From IMG/VR virus record IMGVR_UViG_2903617902_000001, positions 2,255 to 66,254 of that record: a stretch of 64,000 bases of DNA; one strand, given 5' to 3'. The notes beneath the pieces were generated by a model. It was not told where the DNA came from. It searched no databases and saw nothing but the letters and a program-made list of their open reading frames with translations. Both the position numbers and the translations under genes were made by a program. The stretch is from a virus. Of this stretch, positions 48,080-57,603 are shown piece by piece. Positions within the stretch are counted from its first letter, which is position 1. Each line of letters begins with the position of its first letter.

Positions 48080-48386
48080 AGTTGCATGATTTATTTGTAT
48101 TTGCTAATTTTGTTTCTTTAATTCGCTTGTTGACATATTTCAAAATGTCCCAATATGCTCGCCTCTGACCTCTTAAAGCATCAAGTCTATCTTCTACTTT
48201 GTTCACTTCATCAAGGTCTCTTGCGAAATAGGCTCCAGTACAAAGAATATCCATACGGTGGTTTAATTCTCGTATTTCTTCCTTGATTGCAGGAATGTTT
48301 GGAAAGAATTTACCGCTATTCAGTTTATCAAACAATGGCTGATAAACTGATTGATATGCATCTTCGTTTTTCTGATTGTACTTCAT
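48072..48386 (-). CDS. Hypothetical protein
   Basis: AAGAGCA-ATG leader. Confidence 0.7.
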   Translation of the reverse strand: MKYNQKNEDAYQSVYQPLFDKLNSGKFFPNIPAIKEEIRELNHRMDILCTGAYFARDLDEVNKVEDRLDALRGQRRAYWDILKYVNKRIKETKLANTNKSCNYE

Positions 48387-48397
48387 TGCTCTTATTT

Positions 48398-48763
48398 TTA
48401 TCCAAATACTACTTCACCAAATAACACTACTTGTATAAGATTACTTGATGTATAATAATCTCCATTACCATTTGCCAAATCTGCATAATCCTGAGGACAC
48501 TCTTCAATGAACTTCTGAAAACCTTTCTCAATATCCTCCATTGTTATCTCGTATCTCACATGTGGTCCATCATCCTCATATACGAAAGCAGTAATGAAAC
48601 CACCACCGAGCAGAATATCAGCCCACTTTTCTTCCCTGCACTCGCTATCTTCCTTGACAAGATTGTTGAACTTCTTGGGACGCTTTATTTCAAGCCAGTC
48701 ACTCCCATAGGTTGCGGTAGAAAAAATATCTACCAAATTGTCTTTGTTTAACTTGTATTTCAT
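48398..48763 (-). CDS. Hypothetical phage protein
   Basis: Start placed at MKYKL; ends IQVVLFGEVVFG. Confidence 0.7.
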   Translation of the reverse strand: MKYKLNKDNLVDIFSTATYGSDWLEIKRPKKFNNLVKEDSECREEKWADILLGGGFITAFVYEDDGPHVRYEITMEDIEKGFQKFIEECPQDYADLANGNGDYYTSSNLIQVVLFGEVVFG

Positions 48764-48774
48764 CGCTCCAATTT

Positions 48775-49164
48775 TTAGACTTCTTCTACACATACATCTT
48801 CTTGCTTCCAACTGTCACAAACTAATAACAATTTCCGTAATTCTTTCTGCCGTCTGGGACTATGATTTGTATTCCTTAAGTCGTCAGAAACATACTCTTT
48901 TAACTTGGATAACAATTCTATTATAGAATATTCTTGTTCTTCATATTCTGCAACCCAATCAGTTTCTGTGGTGTCAACCGAGCTACATGCTCCGAGCTCA
49001 TCATCATAATCTGAATCTGCACTATAGTCGGTTGTTGCAAGTGTCACTTTTCTTGTGACCGTCTCAGTTATCTCGCAATCCCTTGTTATTACAGATTGCT
49101 CTTTTTCATTCCAAGGAGCACTATTTAATTGGCTCTGTGACATCATAGGGTAATTACAACTCAT
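48775..49164 (-). CDS. Hypothetical acidic protein
   Basis: NYP...APWNE N-terminus. Confidence 0.7.
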   Translation of the reverse strand: MSCNYPMMSQSQLNSAPWNEKEQSVITRDCEITETVTRKVTLATTDYSADSDYDDELGACSSVDTTETDWVAEYEEQEYSIIELLSKLKEYVSDDLRNTNHSPRRQKELRKLLLVCDSWKQEDVCVEEV

Positions 49165-49173
49165 AGTATCTCC

Positions 49174-49365
49174 TTATCCTAAAATTTTTGATAATCTTAC
49201 ACTTGCTATAAAGAAACGCATTTTCCATTTCTTTGGAGTAAACCTGAAAAGTAAAACAAGGTAAACACACCCAGCTACTATCAGAGGTAAACTATCACTC
49301 ACTAAACAAATGAAAAATGGAGATATAAAAAAGCTCCCAATAACGTAATTTCTAATTGATTTCAT
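49174..49365 (-). CDS. Small membrane protein
   Basis: Two hydrophobic segments; AAGAGCA-ATG leader. Confidence 0.65.
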   Translation of the reverse strand: MKSIRNYVIGSFFISPFFICLVSDSLPLIVAGCVYLVLLFRFTPKKWKMRFFIASVRLSKILG

Positions 49366-49377
49366 TGCTCTTTACTT

Positions 49378-49557
49378 TTAAATAAATTCATACATTGGCT
49401 TAAGACCATTTATAACACGCTTTGCATCAGCAATACTGGTAAACTCTTTCTCAAAATCATTATCAATGATTACAGACTCTTGTCCAAAACCATCAACTAA
49501 TTTTGTGAGAATATGATTCTTGTAAGAAATCTCTTGAACTTTTTCTAACTTTTTCAT
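49378..49557 (-). CDS. Small hypothetical protein (59 aa, not in ORF track)
   Basis: MKKLEKVQEISYKNH...SIADAKRVING; first gene after leader repeat copy 3. Confidence 0.7.
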   Translation of the reverse strand: MKKLEKVQEISYKNHILTKLVDGFGQESVIIDNDFEKEFTSIADAKRVINGLKPMYEFI

Positions 49558-49674
49558 TGCTCTTTTGTTTTAATTGTTATTGTTTTATTATTACATTGTA
49601 AAGGTAGTCATTTTATTTGATATTACCAAATATAACTACCTAAAAATCAAGTAGTTACATAATATTTAACTTTT
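49552..49674 (-). repeat. ~120-bp promoter-leader repeat, copy 3
   Basis: See copy 1. Confidence 0.92.
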
Positions 49675-49905
49675 GGATTCTCTTTTTTCTTAGCTTCCTC
49701 TCATTATCTACTTTGTATGACCAATTAAGTGCTGCGTTAAGAGCAGATTTACACAAATCCTTTTCTTCTTTGGTTTCGCAATACTGATTAGTTCTCACGA
49801 GGTCCATTACAAATAACAAATCCAACATGCCTATTATATATATTTAATCTAATTATATTTATATGAACTATTTAATTACTTCTATGATAGTCTTAATCTT
49901 TCTCA

Positions 49906-51273
49906 TCAGAACGGCATATTAGCCTCTACCTGCGATTTTTCATCTAATTCATAGAATTGAGTAAATCTGCCGTCGAACCCAACAAGTGAAGTTCCTACAC
50001 CAACACCACGCCCTTTTGCGAGTATTAATTTTGCTGTACCATGAGTATCTTGGTCGCTGAAATCTCCTTCATATCTGATATTGCTATTTGGGTACGCCTC
50101 TGGTCTGTCAATCAAAACAATATTATCGGCACTTTCCTCAATCTGTCCTGAACCACGAAGTTGCTTAATATCTGGGTGTTCCTTTCCTCTTGATAACTGA
50201 GATAAGAGTATTACAGCAATTTTACATTCCTTTGCAATATTCTTTGCCGCACGTGCCATATATGCTAAACTTGATTCTACGTTGTCTCCGACTTGTGAGT
50301 AAATCTGTAGATAGTCTATCACGGCTAATTTTATACCCTTTGTTCTTACAAGCGTCCTAATAGACCTTACAGTATTATCAAACGAAACAGTTGCTCTTTC
50401 ATCAATATAAATCGGCAACCCTTTTGTCTCTCCAATAGCCCTATCAAACTGTTGCAACTGAAAACTCTCAAGTTTGCAGTTAACAATCACGCTTGATGAA
50501 ATACCAGCTTTCCCGCTAATAGCTCGTGCAGCCAACTCAGATTTTCCCATTTCAAGAGAATAATAAGCCGTCGGTTCTCCCTCACCTGCTACTTTTGTAG
50601 CTATATTCATTGCTAAAGAGGATTTTCCAACTCCTGTAAATGCAGCAATAATTGTCAACGTAGTAGGGCGCAAAAGATAGTAAGCATCAAACAGCTTAAA
50701 TCCTGTTGTTAGACTTTTCTTCTTTCCTTGAGCGTTGTCATTAACAATCTCAACCAACTCGTCGATAGAATCATCAAAGGAATAAATGCCATTATCAGCA
50801 GTATCACTCTGCACGTCACTAAGAGAATTCATTGTGTTATTAACAACCTCATCGAAATCCTCCATAGGATCAAGAACTTTCTGCGAAGCTAATTGAAGCT
50901 GTACCCAAAGTATACGTTGTTTCCACATTCTGCGTATTCGCTGAATATCCTGTTCTAAGGTTTCAACACTTGTAAACTTAACGATATTAAGGAAATCTAG
51001 TTCACTTAGCTTAAAGTTCAACTCATGAGTATTGGCATAATCAACAAGTGCCTTAACATCAGTTATTGTGTTTTGACTTATAACGCCAGCTATACACTGA
51101 TAAATAGATTGATTAATTTCTGTGTAAAACATTTCTGCATTTAACATATCGCTATACTCATTAAATTTCTCGTTATACCGCATCAACGTAGCGAGTACAG
51201 CAATCTCTGTTTCAACACTATGTGGTTGAACCTGCTGTTCTCCGATAATCTTAATTTTTTCTTTTGATTTCAT
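49906..51273 (-). CDS. dnaB: Replicative DNA helicase
   Basis: AAFTGVGKS, SLEM, VIDYLQ, LSQLSR, LRGSGQIEESAD. Confidence 0.95.
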   Translation of the reverse strand: MKSKEKIKIIGEQQVQPHSVETEIAVLATLMRYNEKFNEYSDMLNAEMFYTEINQSIYQCIAGVISQNTITDVKALVDYANTHELNFKLSELDFLNIVKFTSVETLEQDIQRIRRMWKQRILWVQLQLASQKVLDPMEDFDEVVNNTMNSLSDVQSDTADNGIYSFDDSIDELVEIVNDNAQGKKKSLTTGFKLFDAYYLLRPTTLTIIAAFTGVGKSSLAMNIATKVAGEGEPTAYYSLEMGKSELAARAISGKAGISSSVIVNCKLESFQLQQFDRAIGETKGLPIYIDERATVSFDNTVRSIRTLVRTKGIKLAVIDYLQIYSQVGDNVESSLAYMARAAKNIAKECKIAVILLSQLSRGKEHPDIKQLRGSGQIEESADNIVLIDRPEAYPNSNIRYEGDFSDQDTHGTAKLILAKGRGVGVGTSLVGFDGRFTQFYELDEKSQVEANMPF

Positions 51274-51384
51274 TGCTCATTTATGTCTTTTATCTTAAAA
51301 TTCGATTTTTACCATTTTTTAGCCCCGTAGTAGCTTTATTTCTTATTTTTGATATAACTATACTATTATAAATATATCAGTCTT

Positions 51385-51801
51385 TTAAACAACTTTGTTT
51401 TGTATTTTACGTTCACTAATAATAATATCTAAGAATTTTCCTACATAATCAGAAAATTTAACCTCAGTATATCTGCATCGTTTCCCATCAAATTCTCGTG
51501 CCATCCAAATATTCTCATTATAATTCACTTTCTTGACAAGAAAATAATAATCTCCAGCTAATCCTGCCATATAACCTGCAAGGGAAAGTAAATTCTTATC
51601 GAAGTTACAAAGATGATAGGGGGTAATTGTCTTATCACTTGTCTTCCTATACTCACAAATGACTGAATAAATCTTTGCGTTACTTTCATCTGCGAACATG
51701 TCGGTTGTGATGCAATACCTACAATCAGCGAACCAATCAATCCCAAAAGTATTCAGAAGAGTTCCTATGATGATATTTTCAATTTCCTGTCTCCGTGTCA
51801 T
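51385..51801 (-). CDS. Hypothetical protein resembling a DnaB N-terminal domain
   Basis: EIENIIIGTLL...MFADESNAKIY. Confidence 0.55.
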   Translation of the reverse strand: MTRRQEIENIIIGTLLNTFGIDWFADCRYCITTDMFADESNAKIYSVICEYRKTSDKTITPYHLCNFDKNLLSLAGYMAGLAGDYYFLVKKVNYNENIWMAREFDGKRCRYTEVKFSDYVGKFLDIIISERKIQNKVV

Positions 51802-52367
51802 TTTCTAAAGCTTTCTCCTGTGAATAAAACTGGTCTAGTGAGATAACGAAGTCTATCAAGTGTACGTTCTCCATACTTCTCACATATCTCGTCAAGAGTG
51901 AGGTTAGTTGTTAGAAGCAATAACTGCTGTCTTTTTTCTGCCAGGCTGATGACTTCTTCAAAAACGTTATGAGTTTCTCCGTAAATCTTACCAACGTCTT
52001 CTACTCCAAAGTCGTCTATGAGTATTGCGCAATCGCATTCTCTCAAAAGCTGTCGTTTGTCGTTTATCTCATAGCCATCAAACTTAATCAAGTTCTTACG
52101 AAGATAGTATCTGAAAATATTAGGCATAATCTTTTCGCAGATAAGCGATTTACCACGTCCGCACTTTCCGTAACATAAAAGACCTTTATGCTTGTTATCT
52201 GTGAGCCAGTCTGCAATATCGTCATACTCTTGCACCCATTGTGCATCTTCGCCAACAAAGAAATTCAAACCACGCTTTAATACGTCTTTTGCATTTTCAA
52301 GGTCGATGTTGGTTATTTTCTTTTTCTCGATACCTGAAAATATTGATTGCTCTTTTATTACTTCCAT
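51798..52367 (-). CDS. DnaC/IstB-like helicase loader ATPase
   Basis: GKCGRGKS, LIDDFGVE, TTNL...YGERTLDRL. Confidence 0.88.
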   Translation of the reverse strand: MEVIKEQSIFSGIEKKKITNIDLENAKDVLKRGLNFFVGEDAQWVQEYDDIADWLTDNKHKGLLCYGKCGRGKSLICEKIMPNIFRYYLRKNLIKFDGYEINDKRQLLRECDCAILIDDFGVEDVGKIYGETHNVFEEVISLAEKRQQLLLLTTNLTLDEICEKYGERTLDRLRYLTRPVLFTGESFRK

Positions 52368-53275
52368 TGCTTTATTTTCTGATTTAAATATTTATCATCC
52401 GTGTTGTTACGTAGGATAATTCCGATTTGCCCTTTACCTTTTCTAGCTTGCGCAACCAATTCGTTATATTTAGAACTTATATTTGGAACAGATAAATTTG
52501 CAAGCATCCAATTATCTGTTATCTTATCAAGAAATACTTGTAGAGCATCTATCAAGTCTTTACCTGAAGTTGTCAACCCTCTATGCTCTCGTGAAAACTT
52601 CAACTGATTAAGCAAACGTTTCATTTGAGCACCATCTGCTGCTTTCCAGTAATATTTTTCACCTGTCTTTTTCTCAAAGTATGCTTCAAAGATATTTCGC
52701 CCTTGAGTTACGATTGTTGGCTCTTTCTTAGACTTAGTTTTCGTTTTTTCTTTTTTCACTTCTCCCAAGTCCAAAGCGCTTGCGCTTAACCCTCCGTTAG
52801 GAGAAATATTCTGATATTGGTAATCTAATATACTGGTATTATTATTCCCTTCCAAATTTGGAGGGGTTACCCTTTCATTTTTGGAGGGGTTGCCTTCCAA
52901 ATTTGGAGGGGTGTCGTCATTTTTGGAGGGGTTGACACTGTGCCAATATTTAGAAAACGATTTCCCAAGACGATATAGCGAAATCCTATTCTTGATAGAT
53001 ATTTCATCATCGCACTTTTCAATTAATCCTACACGTACAAGGTTTGAAATATGTCTCCTTATGCTGCTATCAGAGTTGCCAGATAACATAGGTAATTCTT
53101 CTCTAATCTTAGAAAATGATATCCAAAAATAATCTTTTCCATGAATAACGTGCTTAGATAAAGCCCCTTCTAAAATAAAGTTTTTCATAAAACTGAAAAC
53201 CGCCATATCGTCAAATGACAAATTCCAGCCATTTTCAATAACACTTCTCTGGTTTATGTTAATCGTATATTGCAT
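52358..53275 (-). CDS. Replication initiator protein
   Basis: N-terminal winged-HTH-like region, internal iterons, upstream of loader. Confidence 0.8.
   Translation of the reverse strand: MQYTININQRSVIENGWNLSFDDMAVFSFMKNFILEGALSKHVIHGKDYFWISFSKIREELPMLSGNSDSSIRRHISNLVRVGLIEKCDDEISIKNRISLYRLGKSFSKYWHSVNPSKNDDTPPNLEGNPSKNERVTPPNLEGNNNTSILDYQYQNISPNGGLSASALDLGEVKKEKTKTKSKKEPTIVTQGRNIFEAYFEKKTGEKYYWKAADGAQMKRLLNQLKFSREHRGLTTSGKDLIDALQVFLDKITDNWMLANLSVPNISSKYNELVAQARKGKGQIGIILRNNTDDKYLNQKIKQWK
52848..52934. repeat. Iterons, probable phage origin
   Basis: Four TTTGGAGGGGT cores at 52857, 52880, 52902 and 52922, with AT-rich flank. Confidence 0.85.
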
Positions 53276-53480
53276 AATATACTCCTAAAACATCAACGCC
53301 CTTAACTTTCAGTCCTAATGTCGCAAACGGACTTACTCATTAAGGGGTTGATTGTATATGTTCTTTTCATTTGGTTGCGACTCCAATAATAAAAATTTCT
53401 GTTATTCGCTTGTAAAGGTAGTAATTAATTTTATATTAACCTAAGATTAAACTAACTAATTTCTTTTAGCTAACATTTTT

Positions 53481-53969
53481 TCAGATATTGACTCTTATTC
53501 CCTTTAGCGAACTAAGCCGTTTTACTTCTGCCGTATAGTGTTTTATCATTGCTTCAAGCTCAAAATCTGACCAGTGCTTTGCCTGATGCGCCTTAGCTGA
53601 AAGCAACTCAAATCGCTGCATACCAATCTTGCGTATTAAATTAGCTTGATAGGCTATTAGGTGGTCACTCGAAAATCTGTTACAACCTCTACACTCGGCA
53701 TGACAATCATCTTCGTCAAAACGAACAGACATATTTTTCCGGCTAAAGAAATGACCGCAATCTGCCTGCTCAAACGGCTTTATCTGACCACACGAAATAC
53801 ATTTGAAGTACCCACTCGGCATAGCATCACGTAAACGGATATATGCAGAAAAAACTTTGTCAAGTTTCTTAGTAAGATTGGGTTTACTACGTGTAGATTT
53901 CTTTCTATGCGGTTTTTCTTCGCTGTGAGCGTCCTTTGTCTTCCTTTTGAAGTAGTATTTGTTCATCAT
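53481..53969 (-). CDS. ninG: NinG-like recombination endonuclease
   Basis: FSAYIRLRD, CISCG, DCGHF, CRGCN. Confidence 0.88.
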   Translation of the reverse strand: MMNKYYFKRKTKDAHSEEKPHRKKSTRSKPNLTKKLDKVFSAYIRLRDAMPSGYFKCISCGQIKPFEQADCGHFFSRKNMSVRFDEDDCHAECRGCNRFSSDHLIAYQANLIRKIGMQRFELLSAKAHQAKHWSDFELEAMIKHYTAEVKRLSSLKGIRVNI

Positions 53970-54322
53970 CGAAATATCGTCTTAAATCGCTTATTTTCGC
54001 CTAATTCTATTTCACTCATTTTGCTCTCGAAAATAACCTCGCATCCGATTGCAGTTGCAACCATAAACTCAGTGTAGCACCCTTGTGAATGGTTCCATTT
54101 ATCCATCATGAAGATACAATCGCAATCAGTGAGTAACAGAATATCTCTCTTCATGTGTTGAGCTGTTGTTGCATTCAGAGGCAACCCATTCTCCATAGGG
54201 TTGACAACTTCGTAGCCTGCTGCTTCAAGCATTACTTGTGCAGCTTTGAAAGCCTTTTTTCTCTCCTCCATATCCTTACCACTGATAGGACCAGACAGAT
54301 AACATCTATTCTTTTTCTTCAT
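53966..54322 (-). CDS. DUF4406-like protein
   Basis: YLSGPISG...VVNP...CDCI...W..SQGC..E. Confidence 0.8.
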   Translation of the reverse strand: MKKKNRCYLSGPISGKDMEERKKAFKAAQVMLEAAGYEVVNPMENGLPLNATTAQHMKRDILLLTDCDCIFMMDKWNHSQGCYTEFMVATAIGCEVIFESKMSEIELGENKRFKTIFR

Positions 54323-54563
54323 TTCTTTTTCTTTTTAGCATTTCAATTTCATCTTTCAAATAGAACATAGCTTTCTCCATATCTTCTATTTGTTTATCTC
54401 TATCGTTCATACCTTTTTCGTGCTTTAATCCAGCACGCCAAATGTATTTGATTACATTACCGATATTAAAATCATAATGACGAACAATGTCTATGCACTC
54501 AATACCGCTTGGGTGTTGAGTATAGTGTGTCGGATGATTTACGCTACTTTCCTGTTGAGCCAT
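54306..54563 (-). CDS. DUF3310-like protein
   Basis: VNHPTHY, GNVIKYIWRAG, EDMEKAMFYL; start uncertain. Confidence 0.8.
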   Translation of the reverse strand: MAQQESSVNHPTHYTQHPSGIECIDIVRHYDFNIGNVIKYIWRAGLKHEKGMNDRDKQIEDMEKAMFYLKDEIEMLKRKRNEEKE

Positions 54564-54963
54564 ATCCGCCTGTTCCCCTTTCTGTTTTAGATAATTCTTC
54601 GACTTCTTCAAACTCTATCTGTGGGTATGGTAAAATAATCATTTGAGCAAAACGATCACCGACCTTGTAAAAATTGCCATCAAAAAGCGTCTTTAAGAAC
54701 ACTGCTGTTACTTCGCCACGATATCCACTATCTATTATTCCACACGAATTTGTTAACAATAAATCCTTACTTGCATTGCTGCTTCTTGGAACGATTAAAC
54801 CGAAATATCCTTGTGGTATTTCAAAGGCAAACCCGCAATGATAAATAACTTTATCGCCTATCTCATCTATACTTGTAACTGTTAGGTCAAGCCCAGCATC
54901 ACCATTTTTCGCATAGTGAGGAATAGATACGTTTTCTACTAATTTCTTAATCTTTACTTTCAT
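54544..54963 (-). CDS. dut: dUTPase
   Basis: AGLDL, PRSS, GIIDSGYRGE, RGTGGYGSTG. Confidence 0.95.
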   Translation of the reverse strand: MKVKIKKLVENVSIPHYAKNGDAGLDLTVTSIDEIGDKVIYHCGFAFEIPQGYFGLIVPRSSNASKDLLLTNSCGIIDSGYRGEVTAVFLKTLFDGNFYKVGDRFAQMIILPYPQIEFEEVEELSKTERGTGGYGSTGK

Positions 54964-55358
54964 ATTTTCTCATTTATATTATCATAAACTTCTTTCTGTA
55001 AAACTTTCCAACAACACTTGGCAACCCACCCAACCATATATGCAGCATGCTCATCGTGTGTCAGACTGTATTCAATTCCCAACTCATTGAAAATAGCATT
55101 TGTTGCATGCAGGCTTTCGTGTGCTATATTTTCGACAATATTGCTTCCACAGAGTTTGGAGCAGTCATAAAAGACTACCAATACTCCATATTTCCCTGTC
55201 TTCTTACTCGCTATACATGGATAAGTAGTAGCGTATGCGTCTTCTGATTTCTTAAAATCATAGCCTCCGTAAGTTGTAAATTTGTCTTTAACATCTTCCC
55301 AACTTGTTGCTATCCACAACTGTCTGCCGTATATTTCAATATCAAATTCTCTAATCAT
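54960..55358 (-). CDS. HExxH-containing hypothetical protein
   Basis: IAHESLH...EHAAY. Confidence 0.65.
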   Translation of the reverse strand: MIREFDIEIYGRQLWIATSWEDVKDKFTTYGGYDFKKSEDAYATTYPCIASKKTGKYGVLVVFYDCSKLCGSNIVENIAHESLHATNAIFNELGIEYSLTHDEHAAYMVGWVAKCCWKVLQKEVYDNINEKI

Positions 55359-55364
55359 TTACGT

Positions 55365-55694
55365 TTACTTATATGCTTTAAGTTCGTTATAATGTTTCTC
55401 ACTCACAAGGAACACGCCTCTGCCATTAAAACGTAGCGCATAGTATTTTGCTTTACCGATATGGTAGCGTATGTTAATCGCATCATCATAAAATCGGACA
55501 TAATCCTCGATACTACAAAGCGTCATTGAATAGTCATACATCCTGCACTCTGCACGTCCGCCCCACTGCTCAAAGAAGTTGTATATATCAATCTCGTCTG
55601 GAAGTTGAATCCTTTTAGCTGTTTCATACATATCACGTTCAATCTTTTGTGTAAAATGCGTAAAGTCACGCAGCATATCCAAAATATCACTCAT
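55365..55694 (-). CDS. Hypothetical protein
   Basis: Operon ORF. Confidence 0.65.
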   Translation of the reverse strand: MSDILDMLRDFTHFTQKIERDMYETAKRIQLPDEIDIYNFFEQWGGRAECRMYDYSMTLCSIEDYVRFYDDAINIRYHIGKAKYYALRFNGRGVFLVSEKHYNELKAYK

Positions 55695-55695
55695 T

Positions 55696-56871
55696 CTAAA
55701 ATATTCTATTAGTTAAAATTTTTCCATTACTTTTCACACACCAAAGTTGAGAGTTTGGCTTCTCAACATCTATCTTCAAATCAGAAACCTTGCCGAAACG
55801 CTTATAGTTACCTGCTAAGTCAATAACCCACCCATCTTTGTCTTTGAAAGGTCTGATACACCTACCAACAGCTTGATAATACCATGCAAGCGATTTGGTC
55901 GGACGTGCTAAAATAACAGTGTCTAATGCAGGGAAGTCAAAACCGACAACCAAAACTCCAACATTCGCAACAACCTTTATTTTCCCACTTTTGAAATCAT
56001 TTAGAAGTTTCTCTCTTTCTACTTTCGGAGTTGTACCTGTAACAATAGCAGCGGAAACTCCTTTTATCTTTAACTTCTCAACAAGGTTCTCAGCTTCTTC
56101 GACAAAGCGAGTAAAAACTAATACTCCTTTGCGTGGAATACCATTCTTTGGTTTCAGAACTCGCAATGTTGTAGTTGTGAGCTTATCAAAAAAGCCGCTT
56201 CTTTCATATTCAAGTTTCAAAGACTTCTCATCATAATCGGCACCTGTTGAATTACTTATAACGTTCTCAATATTGATTGCAGTTAAATCGTAATACTTTA
56301 AGTTTGCCAAATACCCTTTTGCAAGTAAATCTGATGTTTGACAGACGTATAAAACCTCGCTAAAAATGCGTGGTCGTGTACGAGTGAGAAATTTCAGCAT
56401 TGAGCCATTCATATACGAACTAAGACGATATGGTGTTGCTGTTAATCCTACGACCTGCCTATCTTGTGAATTGATGAATTTCTCATACATTCCACCTCTG
56501 CTATTAACAACATGAACCTCATCTATAAGCACATACTTGAAATGCTTGAAATCATTCATGTGATTCATTACGCTTCTGATAGTGGCAAAGGTGATTCTAT
56601 TGATATCCTTACAACCGACAGAAGCAGAATAACAAGCGCAATCAAGTATTCCATAACTCTGTAGCTTTTCAAAGTTCTGTTGCAATATTTCCTTTGACGG
56701 GCAAAGCACAATCAGTGGAGAATTTAACCTTGAAGCTATATCAGCTATAATTAAAGACTTTCCACCACCAGTCGATACTATTATTATCCCATTCGATTTC
56801 TTAGAACTTAAGAAAGATTTAACAGCTGCGTCTGATGCTTGTTTCTGATAATCTCGAAGTGTATATTTCAT
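55696..56871 (-). CDS. Superfamily 2 DExH helicase
   Basis: LRDYQ, TGGGKS, DEVH, TATP, QAVGR; start placed at MKYTL. Confidence 0.92.
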   Translation of the reverse strand: MKYTLRDYQKQASDAAVKSFLSSKKSNGIIIVSTGGGKSLIIADIASRLNSPLIVLCPSKEILQQNFEKLQSYGILDCACYSASVGCKDINRITFATIRSVMNHMNDFKHFKYVLIDEVHVVNSRGGMYEKFINSQDRQVVGLTATPYRLSSYMNGSMLKFLTRTRPRIFSEVLYVCQTSDLLAKGYLANLKYYDLTAINIENVISNSTGADYDEKSLKLEYERSGFFDKLTTTTLRVLKPKNGIPRKGVLVFTRFVEEAENLVEKLKIKGVSAAIVTGTTPKVEREKLLNDFKSGKIKVVANVGVLVVGFDFPALDTVILARPTKSLAWYYQAVGRCIRPFKDKDGWVIDLAGNYKRFGKVSDLKIDVEKPNSQLWCVKSNGKILTNRIF

Positions 56872-56931
56872 TGCTCTTAGTGTGAAAAGAGAGGGGGTGT
56901 CTATTTCGTTCACCCCCTCAACTTGGTTTAC

Positions 56932-57582
56932 TTAATCCTCATCGCCAAATGGCAAATCATCATCTTCTTCCTGCGCTCCATTTTCGTTCATAGCAGGCTT
57001 TTCTACCTCTGGGAATTCAATCCCGAAAAGTTCTTTCATAGCTTCACGGTTTACATCCTCCTGTGACCATAACGTGTTGCGATCCCAATCTGGTATCTTC
57101 TGTGTTTTAACGAGCTTCATTTCTCCATCTACCCATGAATAGAATAAGAAATAGCCGTTGAGCGCAATGCGAACTGTTTCAGTGGAAGACAACTTGATAT
57201 CGGTCGTTCCCTCTTTTACTCTTGCTGCCAAATCAGCGATTTCTAGTAAAATAGAGTTGTACGCTTCCTCAGCATTCTTCTTCATTGCCTTGATAGCTTC
57301 AAGTGTTTCCTGCAACTCCTGTTTACGCTTAGGAACATCGTTCTCTTCTTTCAGACAATACTCTTCACGAATCATTGCAATTTCGTGAGCATCATACTGA
57401 CGAGTAGCCAACTCTCCTTCTGGGAACAAACAATTGAATTTCTCACGAAATACTTTCAAAACTTCTTTTGAAGACTTGGCGCCTTTGCAAAGCACCATAA
57501 CATCCTTAAATTCTTCTTTTGCTTTGTCGTCCAACACAAAGTCAATCTTTGCTGGGCGATACTCTTTTAAATCTGCGAGCAT
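56932..57582 (-). CDS. Hypothetical protein with acidic DDLPF tail
   Basis: 216-aa ORF. Confidence 0.7.
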   Translation of the reverse strand: MLADLKEYRPAKIDFVLDDKAKEEFKDVMVLCKGAKSSKEVLKVFREKFNCLFPEGELATRQYDAHEIAMIREEYCLKEENDVPKRKQELQETLEAIKAMKKNAEEAYNSILLEIADLAARVKEGTTDIKLSSTETVRIALNGYFLFYSWVDGEMKLVKTQKIPDWDRNTLWSQEDVNREAMKELFGIEFPEVEKPAMNENGAQEEDDDLPFGDED

Positions 57583-57603
57583 AATTTTAATTCTAATTAA
57601 ATT

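Noticed and set aside
49655..49828. 57-aa minus-strand ORF after dnaB
   Set aside because: Possible but unsupported by motif or leader, and it runs into the repeat
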